Assembly (NCBI GenBank): GCA_045805165.1
Contig: JBJMLT010000455.1
Span: forward strand, 1-49,168
DNA from: Flavisolibacter sp.
GTDB taxonomy: Bacteria; Bacteroidota; Bacteroidia; Chitinophagales; Chitinophagaceae
DNA length: 49,168 nucleotides
Reading direction: 5' to 3'
Positions 20,349 through 30,633 of the stretch are shown here, one piece after another (the first letter of the stretch is position 1; the number at the start of each line of letters is the position of its first letter). Under the pieces are notes generated by a model. That model was not told the DNA's origin and ran no database searches. It worked only from the letters and a program-made list of their open reading frames with translations. The translations under genes and the position numbers were made by a program.

Positions 20349-22447
20349 CTTTTATAATAGTTATATTTCAAACAAGAATTTAATAGACCAATCGAATCAA
20401 TTAATTATTAATTTTATAATGAGGCAGTTTTTGAAATTTTTGCATTTCATTTTCTATATCCAATAATTCTTTAAAAGGAATTTCGCCAATTTTGTGAGTA
20501 AAAATTCACTTAAACCCAAAGGACCTGCGGCTTTATTTAATCCAGGGACAATCACATACACGATCCCTTCACCAATTTTCTCTCCATTGTTCTGGTTCAT
20601 ATGAAATCTGGATGACTGAGCTATTCCCTTCATAAAAACTGGAATACAATAATAAAATCTCTCTTGTTTCTATAATAGCGAATAAATGTCCACCATTCCA
20701 TAAAAAATATTGATCCAGGTGTTGACGGTCCTCTTTATTAAATAACAAATTACTCCCCATAATAGGTACTTTTTTCCTATTATCGCTGTTCTTCTCTCAT
20801 AAAGCTTTGCGAAGTAAGTCCACAGACTCACTTAATTTAAATCGTTCCCCTAATACTACTGATCCAATTCCAAGCGAAAGCTTGCAGAAAAATCGATCTA
20901 CAGAATTTGTGCTTAAAGAGACACTTACACTTTGTTCTTTATTGACATTAGACTTCAAATTGAAATACAATTGCTCCAAGTCTTTTGGAATTACATAAAA
21001 ACCCTTGTGGTTAATTCGTCCATTCCCAATAAAAAAGAGTTGGGAAAATTCTGAATTACAGAATTAATAATAGCTGGATGCCATAGGGATTGTTTGAGGT
21101 ACGGCCTCTAAAGAATTCCAGAAGCTGCTTACCGAACGAAACGAATGGGTAGAGGAAATTGATATTGATAAATTCATTAAGAAAGCCCCTTGCCGAGTTG
21201 GAACTTTTATTATCAATGAATTTAAATTTAGTCACTATTTTAAAAGAGGTCACTCACTTTATTTCTTTAAAGATCAATTAATGGAATTGGCCCGGCAATT
21301 AAAAACCCGGAATGTGGATTTGGAACGGTATATAGAATTAAAACAGGACCAGGAAAAGTTTGAACAGTTGGTATCCGGAATTTTTAAACCCACTTCCGGC
21401 AAATAAAAAAAGAAACATTTTCACCTTCCTTCCTACTTAAAAAATGTCACTTCCAATCCTGTTCCTTTACCGCTAGTTGAAATCGTTAGGGAAGACCTTA
21501 AACAATTAAAAGAAGAATTTTTTAAATTTAAACTGTTTACCTACATCGATATTTACAAAGGCAACCACGCTATGATGAAATATATCTATTATGTAGAACA
21601 TTACATCGACTCAGAAACCAAGAAAAGGGCTCGTAAATGGTGTGAAAGCTTCAATATTGCCAGTCATGTGTTGCACAAATCACCCGAAAAAAAGAAAATT
21701 TCATTCCTGTACCGGAAAATGAATTGATTCAACTTTAGTTCGAAGTTTATTTTCGTTTTCCTTTTTCAATTTTCAATACTTCAGATTCCAAGTACATGGC
21801 TTTCGTTCTACCCTTTATTAATTGAGGCTTAACGATTCCTATCTGGATGGCCTGCAATAAAAGGGTTTCCATATATTATATAGTTTAAATGATAAATTCA
21901 AATAGATAAAATAGAAAATGATAATTAAAGGAGCATAGAAATTACTATTAAATCATTTGATGTTGTTCACATAAAAAGCAGGGTAACTAAATAGAAACCC
22001 TGGTGGCCTGCCTTAAATGGTTGCAAGCAATCGTTAGCCGCCTGGATAGGAATTTACTTAAAACTAAATACAATCTCCTTTTAATTAAAAAGAACAGGAT
22101 GTAAAGACATCCCGTTAACATGAGAAAAATCGAATCTCTTGAATCTGAACTCGCCATTTTAAATTCATCGACCCAACCATTTAAAATAATCTATTCAAAT
22201 ATTATCATTAATTCCTTACTTACACGGATAAACGGAATTTATTTACTATTCTACTTTATATAATTTTATTGGCTCCATTCAAAAATCAATAGCTATATTT
22301 TTTTTCTAATCAAACGTTTTTTAAGTTTTACTTGCCTGGATCTTCGAAAAGAATAGTTCTGTTTTTAAAATTCGTGGAGAAAAAGAGGCGCGACATTATT
22401 TAACCATCTATTAAACAAGATAAGCATCAATTCTTGAATTATTCTTG

Positions 22448-22455
22448 TAGGTTTG
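22448..22455 (+). promoter_or_regulatory. Bacteroidota -7 box (TAGGTTTG) of small ORF copy 1
   Basis: Matches TAnnTTTG and lies 5 nt before the ATG, the same spacing as in copies 2 and 3. Confidence 0.7.
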
Positions 22456-22460
22456 TAAAA

Positions 22461-22625
22461 ATGCCAAGTAAAATAAATCATATTCTTATTTCCCATTCCT
22501 CTAAGTGTGTCATACTTGACATGAGTGATTGTTATACCTGGTCATTTCCTGAATTTGTACCTTTTTGTCTCCATCTTTATTACTTCTCCAACTTCAAAGA
22601 CTTTAAAAAGCTAGCCCAAGCCTAA
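22461..22625 (+). CDS. 54-aa small protein / leader peptide, copy 1
   Basis: MPSKINHILISHSSKCVILDMSDCYTWSFPEFVPFCLHLYYFSNFKDFKKLAQA. Paralogous to 26731 and 35469. Confidence 0.8.
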   Translation: MPSKINHILISHSSKCVILDMSDCYTWSFPEFVPFCLHLYYFSNFKDFKKLAQA

Positions 22626-22643
22626 CCTGTTTTAGGGCTTGGG
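22615..22643 (+). terminator. Hairpin overlapping the stop of small ORF copy 1
   Basis: CCCAAGCCTAA/TTAGgGCTTGGG stem, weak U-tract. Confidence 0.55.
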
Positions 22644-22958
22644 GTTTCACAAGTAATCATTTCGCCCTTAACGAAGTGCAGGATTGCACTATACTGAATG
22701 AAGATGAGTTTCTTCAGAAATTAGTTGGCCTGGTTACATATTGACCAGTGCGATCCTTATGCGATACGGTGTAGTGTAGTATCGAAAATAGCGCGGCTGA
22801 AATTATACCAAGAATTTAGCCGGTCTCCGAAAATATAGAGCTGCAGTTTCGGTATTGAGCTTGCACTTAAATTCATCAGGGGGGAATAAATTAATTGTTG
22901 AATGAAACTTATACAAAACAGTTTGCAATTCTATAAACCTTCATTAATCATAATTATA

Positions 22959-23363
22959 ATGAAAAAAATAAAAAATAAGCTTGTACTTCGAAAAGATGAC
23001 TTCGAACTACTGATTGCTTATGTAAAAGGGCGCTTCAATAGAAGCTCATTCGACAGACGAAATGCCGAAGACCTCGAAGCAGAGCTAAAAAAAGCCACGC
23101 TGGTAAACATAGAGGATTTTCCTCCCGATGTAATAAGATTGAATTCCAGAGTAAAAGTAAAAGAAGAAAAAAAAGACAAAATAATGGAGATAACATTAGT
23201 TACTCCAGAAAAAGCTGACATAAAAGAAAGAAAAATTTCCATCCTGGCCCCTATCGGCACAGCGCTCATAGGGTTTCGAAAAGGACAGAAAGTACAATGG
23301 AGAGTTCCTTACGGCAAAACAACATTTACCATAATGGATGTTCAAAACCAATTTGGCTTATAA
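22959..23363 (+). CDS. GreA/GreB family, Rnk-like regulator
   Basis: LEAELKKA..PPDVIRLNSRV..TLVTPEKADI..ISILAPIGTALIG. The short N-terminus is typical of Rnk-type proteins. Confidence 0.85.
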   Translation: MKKIKNKLVLRKDDFELLIAYVKGRFNRSSFDRRNAEDLEAELKKATLVNIEDFPPDVIRLNSRVKVKEEKKDKIMEITLVTPEKADIKERKISILAPIGTALIGFRKGQKVQWRVPYGKTTFTIMDVQNQFGL

Positions 23364-23383
23364 TTCAACTAAACTATTAAGTC

Positions 23384-23893
23384 ATGACACAATATATAAT
23401 TGGAGCATTAATAATAGGGTTTATGGCTATTCCGCTTCGTAAAAAAATTCTTGAAAAAAGGAAAATTAGAAAAAAAGAACTTGGCATAGTAAACACGTAT
23501 GATCGCCTTGTACGAGAGTATAAACTAATTATCGAACAATACGACACTATCAATCACAAGCTAATAGGGTTAGATAGAAAAAACAAGAAGCTCTTGATTA
23601 TTGATCATAGCGACAACAACAGGCAAGAGGTATGTGTTCCTTTACTTCAAATAAGTAATTGCAAAATTGTCCAAGTCCGAAATGAAGCTGAAAGATGTAT
23701 TAAGTCCATTTACCTGGAGTTACTGAACAAAAGAAATCCCACCGACAAGGTAAGGCTTTCCTTTTATGATGAAGAGCAAGATAAGCTACGTGAGTTGCCA
23801 GCTTTAGCAAGAAAAGCTTTGCATTGGAAAAATACAGTTGACGTCCATAAATATCCAGGCAATATTTATATAGAGTCTGGGTACCTTTTATAG
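23384..23893 (+). CDS. Single-pass membrane hypothetical protein (paralog of 27019)
   Basis: N-terminal TM segment. IGLDRKNKKLLI motif shared with 27019. Confidence 0.75.
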   Translation: MTQYIIGALIIGFMAIPLRKKILEKRKIRKKELGIVNTYDRLVREYKLIIEQYDTINHKLIGLDRKNKKLLIIDHSDNNRQEVCVPLLQISNCKIVQVRNEAERCIKSIYLELLNKRNPTDKVRLSFYDEEQDKLRELPALARKALHWKNTVDVHKYPGNIYIESGYLL

Positions 23894-24037
23894 GTGCGTT
23901 TGAAAGACAATTTCCAAGATCATGGGCGCACATATAAAGCATTTAAGGCCGTTGGTTAGTAGCCCTTGCCACCGTTCAAACAAGCTGCAATACAATGTAT
24001 ATCACAGCATGATCTACTCACCAAAAAACAATTTGTT

Positions 24038-24244
24038 ATGCGTAACATTCACACCGATATATTGATCCTTGCCAAAGAGAACTGTGAATTTTTGATAGAT
24101 GTCCTTAATAAAAATATAGGTGTCCTCAACGAGAAAAAATTTCATTGCTTTTTGGATAAAATTGAAGAAGCTGATCATCTCGATACATTTGCTCGACTCA
24201 ATTATTCATATACGATAGTGCTTCCCGAATTAAGCGGACCATAG
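24038..24244 (+). CDS. Small hypothetical protein
   Basis: In-frame ATG within track ORF 23966..24244. Confidence 0.4.
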   Translation: MRNIHTDILILAKENCEFLIDVLNKNIGVLNEKKFHCFLDKIEEADHLDTFARLNYSYTIVLPELSGP

Positions 24245-24415
24245 AAAATGTAAGGTTTCAGTATTATTTCCTATTGGAAGGTCTTTATTTGGTTGCAACC
24301 TGGGAGACAATATTTTCTGGCGAACATCTGGCGGAAAAAGGTTTTTCATGATTATGGCAGTTTCTCAATTTGCTTTTTGATCATAAGTGTTTATTATGGA
24401 GAACACAGCTAAATC

Positions 24416-24480
24416 AAAAAAGTGCCCGCTGTTGAAACAGCGGGCACAACCAAAACTAACTGCTATATGTAGTTACATAT
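24416..24480 (-). ncRNA. Candidate ~65-nt small RNA
   Basis: Minus-strand TACTTTTG box (24486-24493), a 5' ATATGTA/TACATAT hairpin, and a perfect 11-bp GC-rich terminator stem (24422-24447) with U6. No ORF. Confidence 0.55.
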
Positions 24481-24496
24481 CAAAACAAAAGTACAA

Positions 24497-24524
24497 TAAT
24501 AGAAGATAAATTTGTCCTCTATTA
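24497..24524. promoter_or_regulatory. Palindromic operator, degenerate copy of 32851-32884
   Basis: TAATAGAAGATAAA|TTTGTCCTCTATTA, 12 of 14 positions symmetric. Confidence 0.65.
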
Positions 24525-24789
24525 CAAAACAAACTTACTTTGTTCTTAAATAATGAAAAACAACCATAAATATTTTAAAAGAACCCCGTAGCTTTTAGAA
24601 AGGAAAGATTGTTTCGAATGACATTCTACTTCCGTAAAGACTTAACGCAGGATGGAGGTTTCAATGATTACCTTGAGCTTGGCGTAATGTCAACTTAAAG
24701 GCAAAGTATTACGGTGTCGATGAATTCGCCACTGATAAGTAAATAAAGCAATGCAGGCCTGCGCTGCAGCCAAATAATTCAACGTAGAT

Positions 24790-26613
24790 ATGGATCAATC
24801 ATATAAACCTGAAAACATTCCATTCGAACAAGAAAACATCTTTACGCAAGTTCCTATGCATACAGATCATCACCAACATAAAAAGGAAAGCTTTATCGGA
24901 AAATATATTTTCAGTAAGGACCATAAGATGATTGCGAAGCAATTTCTAATTACAGGGATCATCTGGGCGATAATAGGCGCTTTTTTTTCCGTTGTTTTTC
25001 GGCTGCAGTTGGCCTACCCTCAACAAACATTTCCTTTTCTTGAAACTATTTTCGGAAATGCTGCACACGGGGGGAGAATAACGCCGGAATTATATTATTC
25101 CCTTCTAACGCTGCACGGCACTATCATGGTTTTTTTTGTGCTTACCGCAGGCATGAGCGGCACCTTTGCAAACTTCCTCATTCCACTTCAGGTGGGGGCG
25201 CGTGATATGGCCTCTCCATTTCTCAACATGCTCTCCTATTGGTTCTTCTTTCTTTCAAGTATCGTGATGTTTTCCTCTTTATTTGTTGCCACAGGGCCAG
25301 CAGCAGGGGGATGGACATCTTATCCTCCGCTCAGCGCACTAGGCCAGGCATCTCAAGGTTCAAAAGTCGGCATGGATCTCTGGCTCACCAGCATGTGTCT
25401 GTTTATTGTTTCCCAATTGCTTGGAGGCATTAATTACGTTACTACTATTCTGAATTTGAGAACAAAAGGTATGAGCATAAATAGACTCCCTCTAAGCATT
25501 TGGGGTCTATTCTTTACTGCAATACTCGGAGTGTTGTCGTTCCCGGTTTTATTATCCGCATTTATCTTATTGGTATTTGACCGCCACCTTGGAACTAGCT
25601 TTTATCTCTCTGATATTGTAATAAACGGTGAAATACTTTCCAATGAGGGTGGTAGCGCCATTCTTTACCAGCACTTGTTCTGGTTCTTGGGACATCCCGA
25701 AGTTTATATAGCTATTCTTCCTGCAATGGGGATTGTTTCAGAAGTTATGAGCGTCAATTCCCGCAAACCAATTTTCGGTTACGTAGCCATGATAGGCTCT
25801 CTTTTTGCAATTTGCGTTCTTGCTTTGCTTGTTTGGGCACACCATATGTTTGTTAGTGGCATGAATCCATTTGTAGGATCTGTGTTCGTCCTACTTACCT
25901 TGTTGATTGCCATACCTTCAGCGATAAAGGTTTTTAACTGGATCACAACTATTTGGCGGGGAAACATCCGCTTTACTCCAGCAATGCTGTTTTGCATCGG
26001 TTTTGTAAGTGTATTTATTTCAGGTGGTCTGACTGGTATATGGATGGGAAATTCAACAATTGACATACATATTCACGACACCTATTTTATTATTGCGCAT
26101 TTTCATTTGGTAATGGGCGTTGCTTCATTCTTTGGTCTTTTTGCAGGCGTATATCATTGGTTTCCGAAAATGTTTGGGCGGTATTTGAATACTACTCTCA
26201 GTTATATCCATTTCTGGGTGAGCCTGATAGGAGCTTATCTGATTTTTTGGCCCATGCATTACATGGGACTTGCGGGTGTTCCGCGTCGTTATCTTGATTT
26301 CAGCGTATGGACCTCATTTAATAAGTTCAACGACCTGAATAAAATGATCACCATCGTAACCATCATTGTTTTTGCTACAAACCTCATGTTTGTTTTTAAT
26401 TTCTTTTATTCGATTTTTAAAGGAATAAAGGTGACAAATGCCAATCCGTGGAACTCTAACACTCTTGAATGGACTACCCCCATTATTCCAGTCCATGGCA
26501 ATTGGCCTGGCGACATCCCTGAAGTCCATAGGTGGCCTTATGACTACAGTAAAAATGGTAAGGATTTTACGCCCCAGACAGAACCCACTACCCTTAATGA
26601 ATCAACACTTTAA
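24790..26613 (+). CDS. ctaD: Cytochrome c oxidase subunit I (heme-copper oxidase, A-type)
   Basis: DHKMIA, LHGTIM, GGWTSYPPL, FWFLGHPEVY, WAHHMF, HDTYFIIAHFH and GVPRRY motifs. Confidence 0.93.
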   Translation: MDQSYKPENIPFEQENIFTQVPMHTDHHQHKKESFIGKYIFSKDHKMIAKQFLITGIIWAIIGAFFSVVFRLQLAYPQQTFPFLETIFGNAAHGGRITPELYYSLLTLHGTIMVFFVLTAGMSGTFANFLIPLQVGARDMASPFLNMLSYWFFFLSSIVMFSSLFVATGPAAGGWTSYPPLSALGQASQGSKVGMDLWLTSMCLFIVSQLLGGINYVTTILNLRTKGMSINRLPLSIWGLFFTAILGVLSFPVLLSAFILLVFDRHLGTSFYLSDIVINGEILSNEGGSAILYQHLFWFLGHPEVYIAILPAMGIVSEVMSVNSRKPIFGYVAMIGSLFAICVLALLVWAHHMFVSGMNPFVGSVFVLLTLLIAIPSAIKVFNWITTIWRGNIRFTPAMLFCIGFVSVFISGGLTGIWMGNSTIDIHIHDTYFIIAHFHLVMGVASFFGLFAGVYHWFPKMFGRYLNTTLSYIHFWVSLIGAYLIFWPMHYMGLAGVPRRYLDFSVWTSFNKFNDLNKMITIVTIIVFATNLMFVFNFFYSIFKGIKVTNANPWNSNTLEWTTPIIPVHGNWPGDIPEVHRWPYDYSKNGKDFTPQTEPTTLNESTL

Positions 26614-26730
26614 TTTTGATATACAAAAGGCTTTTGATGGCACTAGCCAAAAAGTAGGGAGAAAAAATGTTTTAACCAACTATTAATCGCATACACGAAA
26701 CATCTGAGTTTAAATTGTAATTTTGTATAA

Positions 26731-26895
26731 ATGACAGGTAAAATAAAATATACTGCAATCACTCCTTCTATTGAATATCTCATACTTGACATGAGCGACA
26801 GTTATACCTGGTCATTTCCTGAATTTATTCCTTTTTGTGTCCAGCTTTTTTATTACTCCAATTTCAAAGATTTTAATACTTCGACCCAAGCCTGA
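26731..26895 (+). CDS. 54-aa small protein / leader peptide, copy 2 (absent from the ORF track)
   Basis: MTGKIKYTAITPSIEYLILDMSDSYTWSFPEFIPFCVQLFYYSNFKDFNTSTQA. TAATTTTG at 26718-26725; hairpin at 26885-26910. Confidence 0.8.
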   Translation: MTGKIKYTAITPSIEYLILDMSDSYTWSFPEFIPFCVQLFYYSNFKDFNTSTQA

Positions 26896-27018
26896 TTTAG
26901 AGGACTTGGGATTTGCGCTTTCCCTATTTTACTCATTTATGTTTGTTAGTCAGGACGTAATGGTTTTGTCTAAAACACTAAATACTTTACCGCATTTATC
27001 ATTCTAAAACTCGTCGTT

Positions 27019-27543
27019 ATGTCAACAGTATCCATTGCCTTGATTATAATAGGTTCGATTGCTGCTATCATATTAGTGTTAGTTTATATCAGCAATAACG
27101 ACCAAAAGAACAAAAAAGAAAAAATATTGAGCCAGTTTAACCATGCGGGCACTGAAAGCAATATGTCATTCATAAGTCAGGAATTACTCCATGATAGAAT
27201 CATCGGGCTCGATGGGCTAAATAAAAAACTCTTGATCCTGGAAAGCAACGAGGATGATTATGACCATACAATCATCAATCTTCAAGATGTCAAAGCTTGC
27301 AATGTTAAAAAAATATATCAGGCTACTAATATTGGAACTTCAAGAAAGCCGGTAATCGAACAGCACCTTGAAAAAGTTGTACTCCTATTTGAATTTAAAG
27401 ATGAAAAGAGAAAAATAGAAATGCCTTTTTTTGATTTTAGCAAAAACCACATCTACCAATTAGCAGAGATGGAACAAAAAGCAAAGTTTTGGGAGGCAAG
27501 CCTTTCTAAATTTATTACTAGCAGCGTAAAAAAAATTGCTTAA
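27019..27543 (+). CDS. Single-pass membrane hypothetical protein (paralog of 23384)
   Basis: N-terminal TM segment, IGLDGLNKKLLI and C-terminal KAKFW. Confidence 0.78.
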   Translation: MSTVSIALIIIGSIAAIILVLVYISNNDQKNKKEKILSQFNHAGTESNMSFISQELLHDRIIGLDGLNKKLLILESNEDDYDHTIINLQDVKACNVKKIYQATNIGTSRKPVIEQHLEKVVLLFEFKDEKRKIEMPFFDFSKNHIYQLAEMEQKAKFWEASLSKFITSSVKKIA

Positions 27544-27987
27544 ATAAATTGTTCAATATGATGGATAAGCACCTCGAGCGAAGTAGGCAAAGGCAACATA
27601 TCAGCATATTACCCGGTTGATTAGTATTTGAATCATCACGCTAATCTCGTAAATACTGTGCGTTATTTTGAAAACATTCGATTTAGGAAATACTGCACCC
27701 CCGATCAAGATTCTTCAAGTACGCAACTAGTTTTGTAAGTCACATAAATCAAAAGCTTACTTCCCTTAGACATTAACAAGGTGCATTTGATGATCTCATC
27801 CGGATTTAAAATCCGACTTAAAATTTTCCAGAATAGTATTGCAATAATGTCGACTAGCGCCAAGGTAAATTATGAAACTTACGGGTTTATCTTCCATTTT
27901 TCCACTCCAAAAATATTTATTTGTGGTAGTCCCCCCACGTAATTGAAGCGGCAAATAATCAAGGATCTTAAAAAAAGAAGGACGGGA

Positions 27988-28015
27988 TGTAACCTTTATG
28001 TTGTTTGTTACTCTA
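27988..28015 (+). promoter_or_regulatory. ECF-type promoter TGTAACC-N16-CTCTA
   Basis: Same motif upstream of gap and of the ECF sigma gene. Confidence 0.65.
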
Positions 28016-28056
28016 TTGAAATGTGAACGCTATTAATTTATTCTAAAATAACTAAA

Positions 28057-28593
28057 ATGGAAACAAGGAAATATTTTCAAAAGTGCATTTGCATAATCAT
28101 GTGCTGCGGCCTGTTTTTGGTGTCTGCTATTGCTCAAGACAAACCTAAACTCTCTGATGCTGAGATAGCTTCTGTTGCTGTTGTCGCGAACCAGATTGAT
28201 ATTAACTACGCGCAAATAGCAAAGCAGAAATCCAGGGACTCAGCAGTCATAAAATTTGCTGAAACAATGGATCGTGATCACAAGGCAGTAATTGCTCAGG
28301 CGGTAGCGCTGGTCAAAAAGCTGGGTATAACCCCGCAAGATAATGCTGTAAGTAAAAGTTTATTGGTTGATGCCGAAAAGACAAAAAAGATATTACGTTC
28401 AAAATCTGGAAAAGCATTTAACAAGGCCTATATAGATAATGAAGTAGCCTATCACAAGGCAGTAATCAGCGCTGTGGATGGTCTTTTGATACCTCAAAGT
28501 AAAAACCAGGAGTTAAAAGGGCTTTTACAAAACGTGTTGCCTGCATTGAAAGCCCATCTCATGCATGCAGAAATGCTACAAAAAAATTATTAA
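28057..28593 (+). CDS. DUF4142 secreted protein (ferritin-like)
   Basis: Signal peptide; LSDAEIA..ANQIDI..FAETMDRDH..FNKAYIDNEVAYH..HLMHA. Confidence 0.85.
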   Translation: METRKYFQKCICIIMCCGLFLVSAIAQDKPKLSDAEIASVAVVANQIDINYAQIAKQKSRDSAVIKFAETMDRDHKAVIAQAVALVKKLGITPQDNAVSKSLLVDAEKTKKILRSKSGKAFNKAYIDNEVAYHKAVISAVDGLLIPQSKNQELKGLLQNVLPALKAHLMHAEMLQKNY

Positions 28594-28595
28594 AA

Positions 28596-28940
28596 ATGAA
28601 GAACCGTTTATCAATAATCAAAAATGGGGTCCTTCTATTGTTTTCCATAATTCTTTTGGAAAACTGTTCCCAAGCTCCGGAAAACGCAAATCCAAAGTCG
28701 TATTTGGTTGAGATAAAAGCAATGCAATTTCAACCTTCGGAGCTTATAGTACATCGAGGGGATACAATAGTCTTTATAAACAGAGATATACTTGTGCATG
28801 ATGTAACTGAAGAAACTAATAAGGCCTGGACCTCATCCCCCTTGTCCACCGGCCAATCTTTTAGTCTGGTAGTAAGTGAGAACGCAGACTATTATTGTTC
28901 AATTCACCCTGTCATGAAAGGCAAACTACTTGTCCAATGA
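28596..28940 (+). CDS. Plastocyanin/azurin-like cupredoxin (putative lipoprotein)
   Basis: MQFQP..GDTIVFIN.D..HDV and YYCSIHPVMKG type-1 copper ligands. Confidence 0.88.
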   Translation: MKNRLSIIKNGVLLLFSIILLENCSQAPENANPKSYLVEIKAMQFQPSELIVHRGDTIVFINRDILVHDVTEETNKAWTSSPLSTGQSFSLVVSENADYYCSIHPVMKGKLLVQ

Positions 28941-29182
28941 GTTTGTTATCCGGCATGCATTTCTTTTATGGGTGCTTTTAAAGATAGTCATACTGATCAT
29001 TCGGCAAGGTTTTCAAATTGAATAGTTTAGATAAAAGATTTATAAAGATGAACCATCATGAAGAGCGAATATTGATTGTTGAATGTAGTATCTAAAAGAG
29101 CTAATAAGGACTACAACTTTCAAAGAGTGTACTACGAGAACATCCTAGAAATGAAGTCCTAATTTATAAATCATGCACCAAT

Positions 29183-29851
29183 TCAAAACGTACCGATTAT
29201 TTCAAAAACTCTACGCACAATAGCATCACAATAAATAAGGTTAAAAGGATAGAGTTCGGTACGTGAATAGGATTGTTCTATCTGATTTTTAAGCATCACT
29301 TTAGCACGATTTAACCTGACCTTTACATTAATGTCGGTAATATTTAAAATGTCGGCAGTTTCTGCTACCGAGAATCCCTCAACTTCTCTTAATACAAAGA
29401 CGGTCCGATAAGTTAAAGGAATATCACTGAGGCTCTTTTCCAAAATATCAGTAAATTCATGAGAGAGTAACATTTTATCAGTGTTATTTCCAGTTGCTTT
29501 TAAATACATAGTCGGATTATTAAATTCATGGACTTGCTCGGTAGAGATTTCATTCTTATGGTATCCATATTTCAGTTTATACAGGCAATTATTAATCATG
29601 ATTCTGGAAATCCATGTTTTATACGAGGAACGACCTTCAAACTTGCTAAGAGCCATATAAGCAGCAACATGTGTATCCTGCATCAAATCCTCAGCATCAT
29701 GATGGCGAAAGCCATAACTTCTGGCAATTTTATACAGAAGCGAATTGTATCTCTTTACTAAAATCTCAAATGAAGTGACGTTTCCACTTAATATTTTCGC
29801 TATTATCCAATATTCTGATTCCACTTCTACATGTTCAACTACGTTCTGCAT
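29183..29851 (-). CDS. ECF sigma-70 factor with a C-terminal Cys-containing extension
   Basis: AEDLMQDT..FEGRSSYKTWISRI, YRTVFVLREVEGFSVAETA..VKVRLNRAK and C-terminal YPFNLIYCDAIV. Start uncertain (29851 or 29884). Confidence 0.9.
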   Translation of the reverse strand: MQNVVEHVEVESEYWIIAKILSGNVTSFEILVKRYNSLLYKIARSYGFRHHDAEDLMQDTHVAAYMALSKFEGRSSYKTWISRIMINNCLYKLKYGYHKNEISTEQVHEFNNPTMYLKATGNNTDKMLLSHEFTDILEKSLSDIPLTYRTVFVLREVEGFSVAETADILNITDINVKVRLNRAKVMLKNQIEQSYSRTELYPFNLIYCDAIVRRVFEIIGTF

Positions 29852-29918
29852 ATGTAAATATTTATCGGTTATAAAATTATTCAAGGCAACCTAATCATAA
29901 TTAGATGAGGTTCTCCTT

Positions 29919-29945
29919 TAGAGCAGGTAGTGCTTATAGGTTACA
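29919..29945 (-). promoter_or_regulatory. Candidate autoregulatory ECF promoter TGTAACC-N15-CTCTA
   Basis: Reverse complement of TAGAG-N15-GGTTACA, directly upstream of the sigma gene. Confidence 0.55.
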
Positions 29946-30254
29946 TTTCATTCCAGAGATTTTATCACTCCGCATATTCAGTTAAAAAAAATCTTTTACA
30001 GCAACAATCGTCTTAAGCGCTATTTTCGATTCATCTTCCATCTCAACAGATGGATATTACGATGAGTTTGTATTAATCTTATCATCTTTTCGCACGACTT
30101 ATTCCTCCGTCATCCAGCAACAAGTTTACTTATCCTCTGAACTCAGGCAATTTTCAAGTAATTCCAAAAAATTTTCATTTTTTTTCAATGTAACTCGACA
30201 ATCCATAATACTACCTAAATTTAGAAACACTAACAAGGAGATTCATTGCTCGCT

Positions 30255-30584
30255 TTAAGACCCAGAAATGCTGATGGTGATATCGTTAAGATCATTATTA
30301 ACATGCATGTGACAGGATAGTCTAACGTCCGACTCGAAAATGCCCAATTTCTTAAGGGTAGTTTCTTCGTTTCCAAACTGTACTACATTTTTGTTATATC
30401 CTGAAACCCTCACCATACAAGTTCCGCACCTTCCCATTCCTCCGCATTGGCCAAAGTCATCAGGTCCGATTTTATCCTTAAGTAACACCATCAGGTTCCG
30501 GTATTCATTTTCAAAGGTTCTCAGCGTGTAGTCCCTGTCGTCGTAAGTGCCTACAAATTGTATTGTGTATGATCTTGAAAGCAT
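30255..30584 (-). CDS. 2Fe-2S ferredoxin
   Basis: CGGMGRCGTC...RLSC motif. Confidence 0.88.
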   Translation of the reverse strand: MLSRSYTIQFVGTYDDRDYTLRTFENEYRNLMVLLKDKIGPDDFGQCGGMGRCGTCMVRVSGYNKNVVQFGNEETTLKKLGIFESDVRLSCHMHVNNDLNDITISISGS

Positions 30585-30633
30585 AAATTTCGTTTTATAA
30601 TCTTACATGTTTCCAGGTTGGCTAAAGATTAGG

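Larger units (their letters stand above)
10771..21730. mobile_element. Remnant of an ICE/conjugative element leading region with defence cargo (boundaries approximate)
   Basis: ssb-DUF932-radC cluster, long stem-loops, Fic/HEPN/SIR2/TIR-like cargo and decayed genes. No integrase, relaxase or att site recognised in the window. Confidence 0.55.

Noticed and set aside
20400-21730. Short ORFs and coding-like fragments on both strands
   Set aside because: Probably decayed genes, but I could not reconstruct a frame or assign a family.
22434-22460. Track start (TTG) for the 63-aa ORF
   Set aside because: It overlaps the -7 box; the paralogs support ATG 22461.
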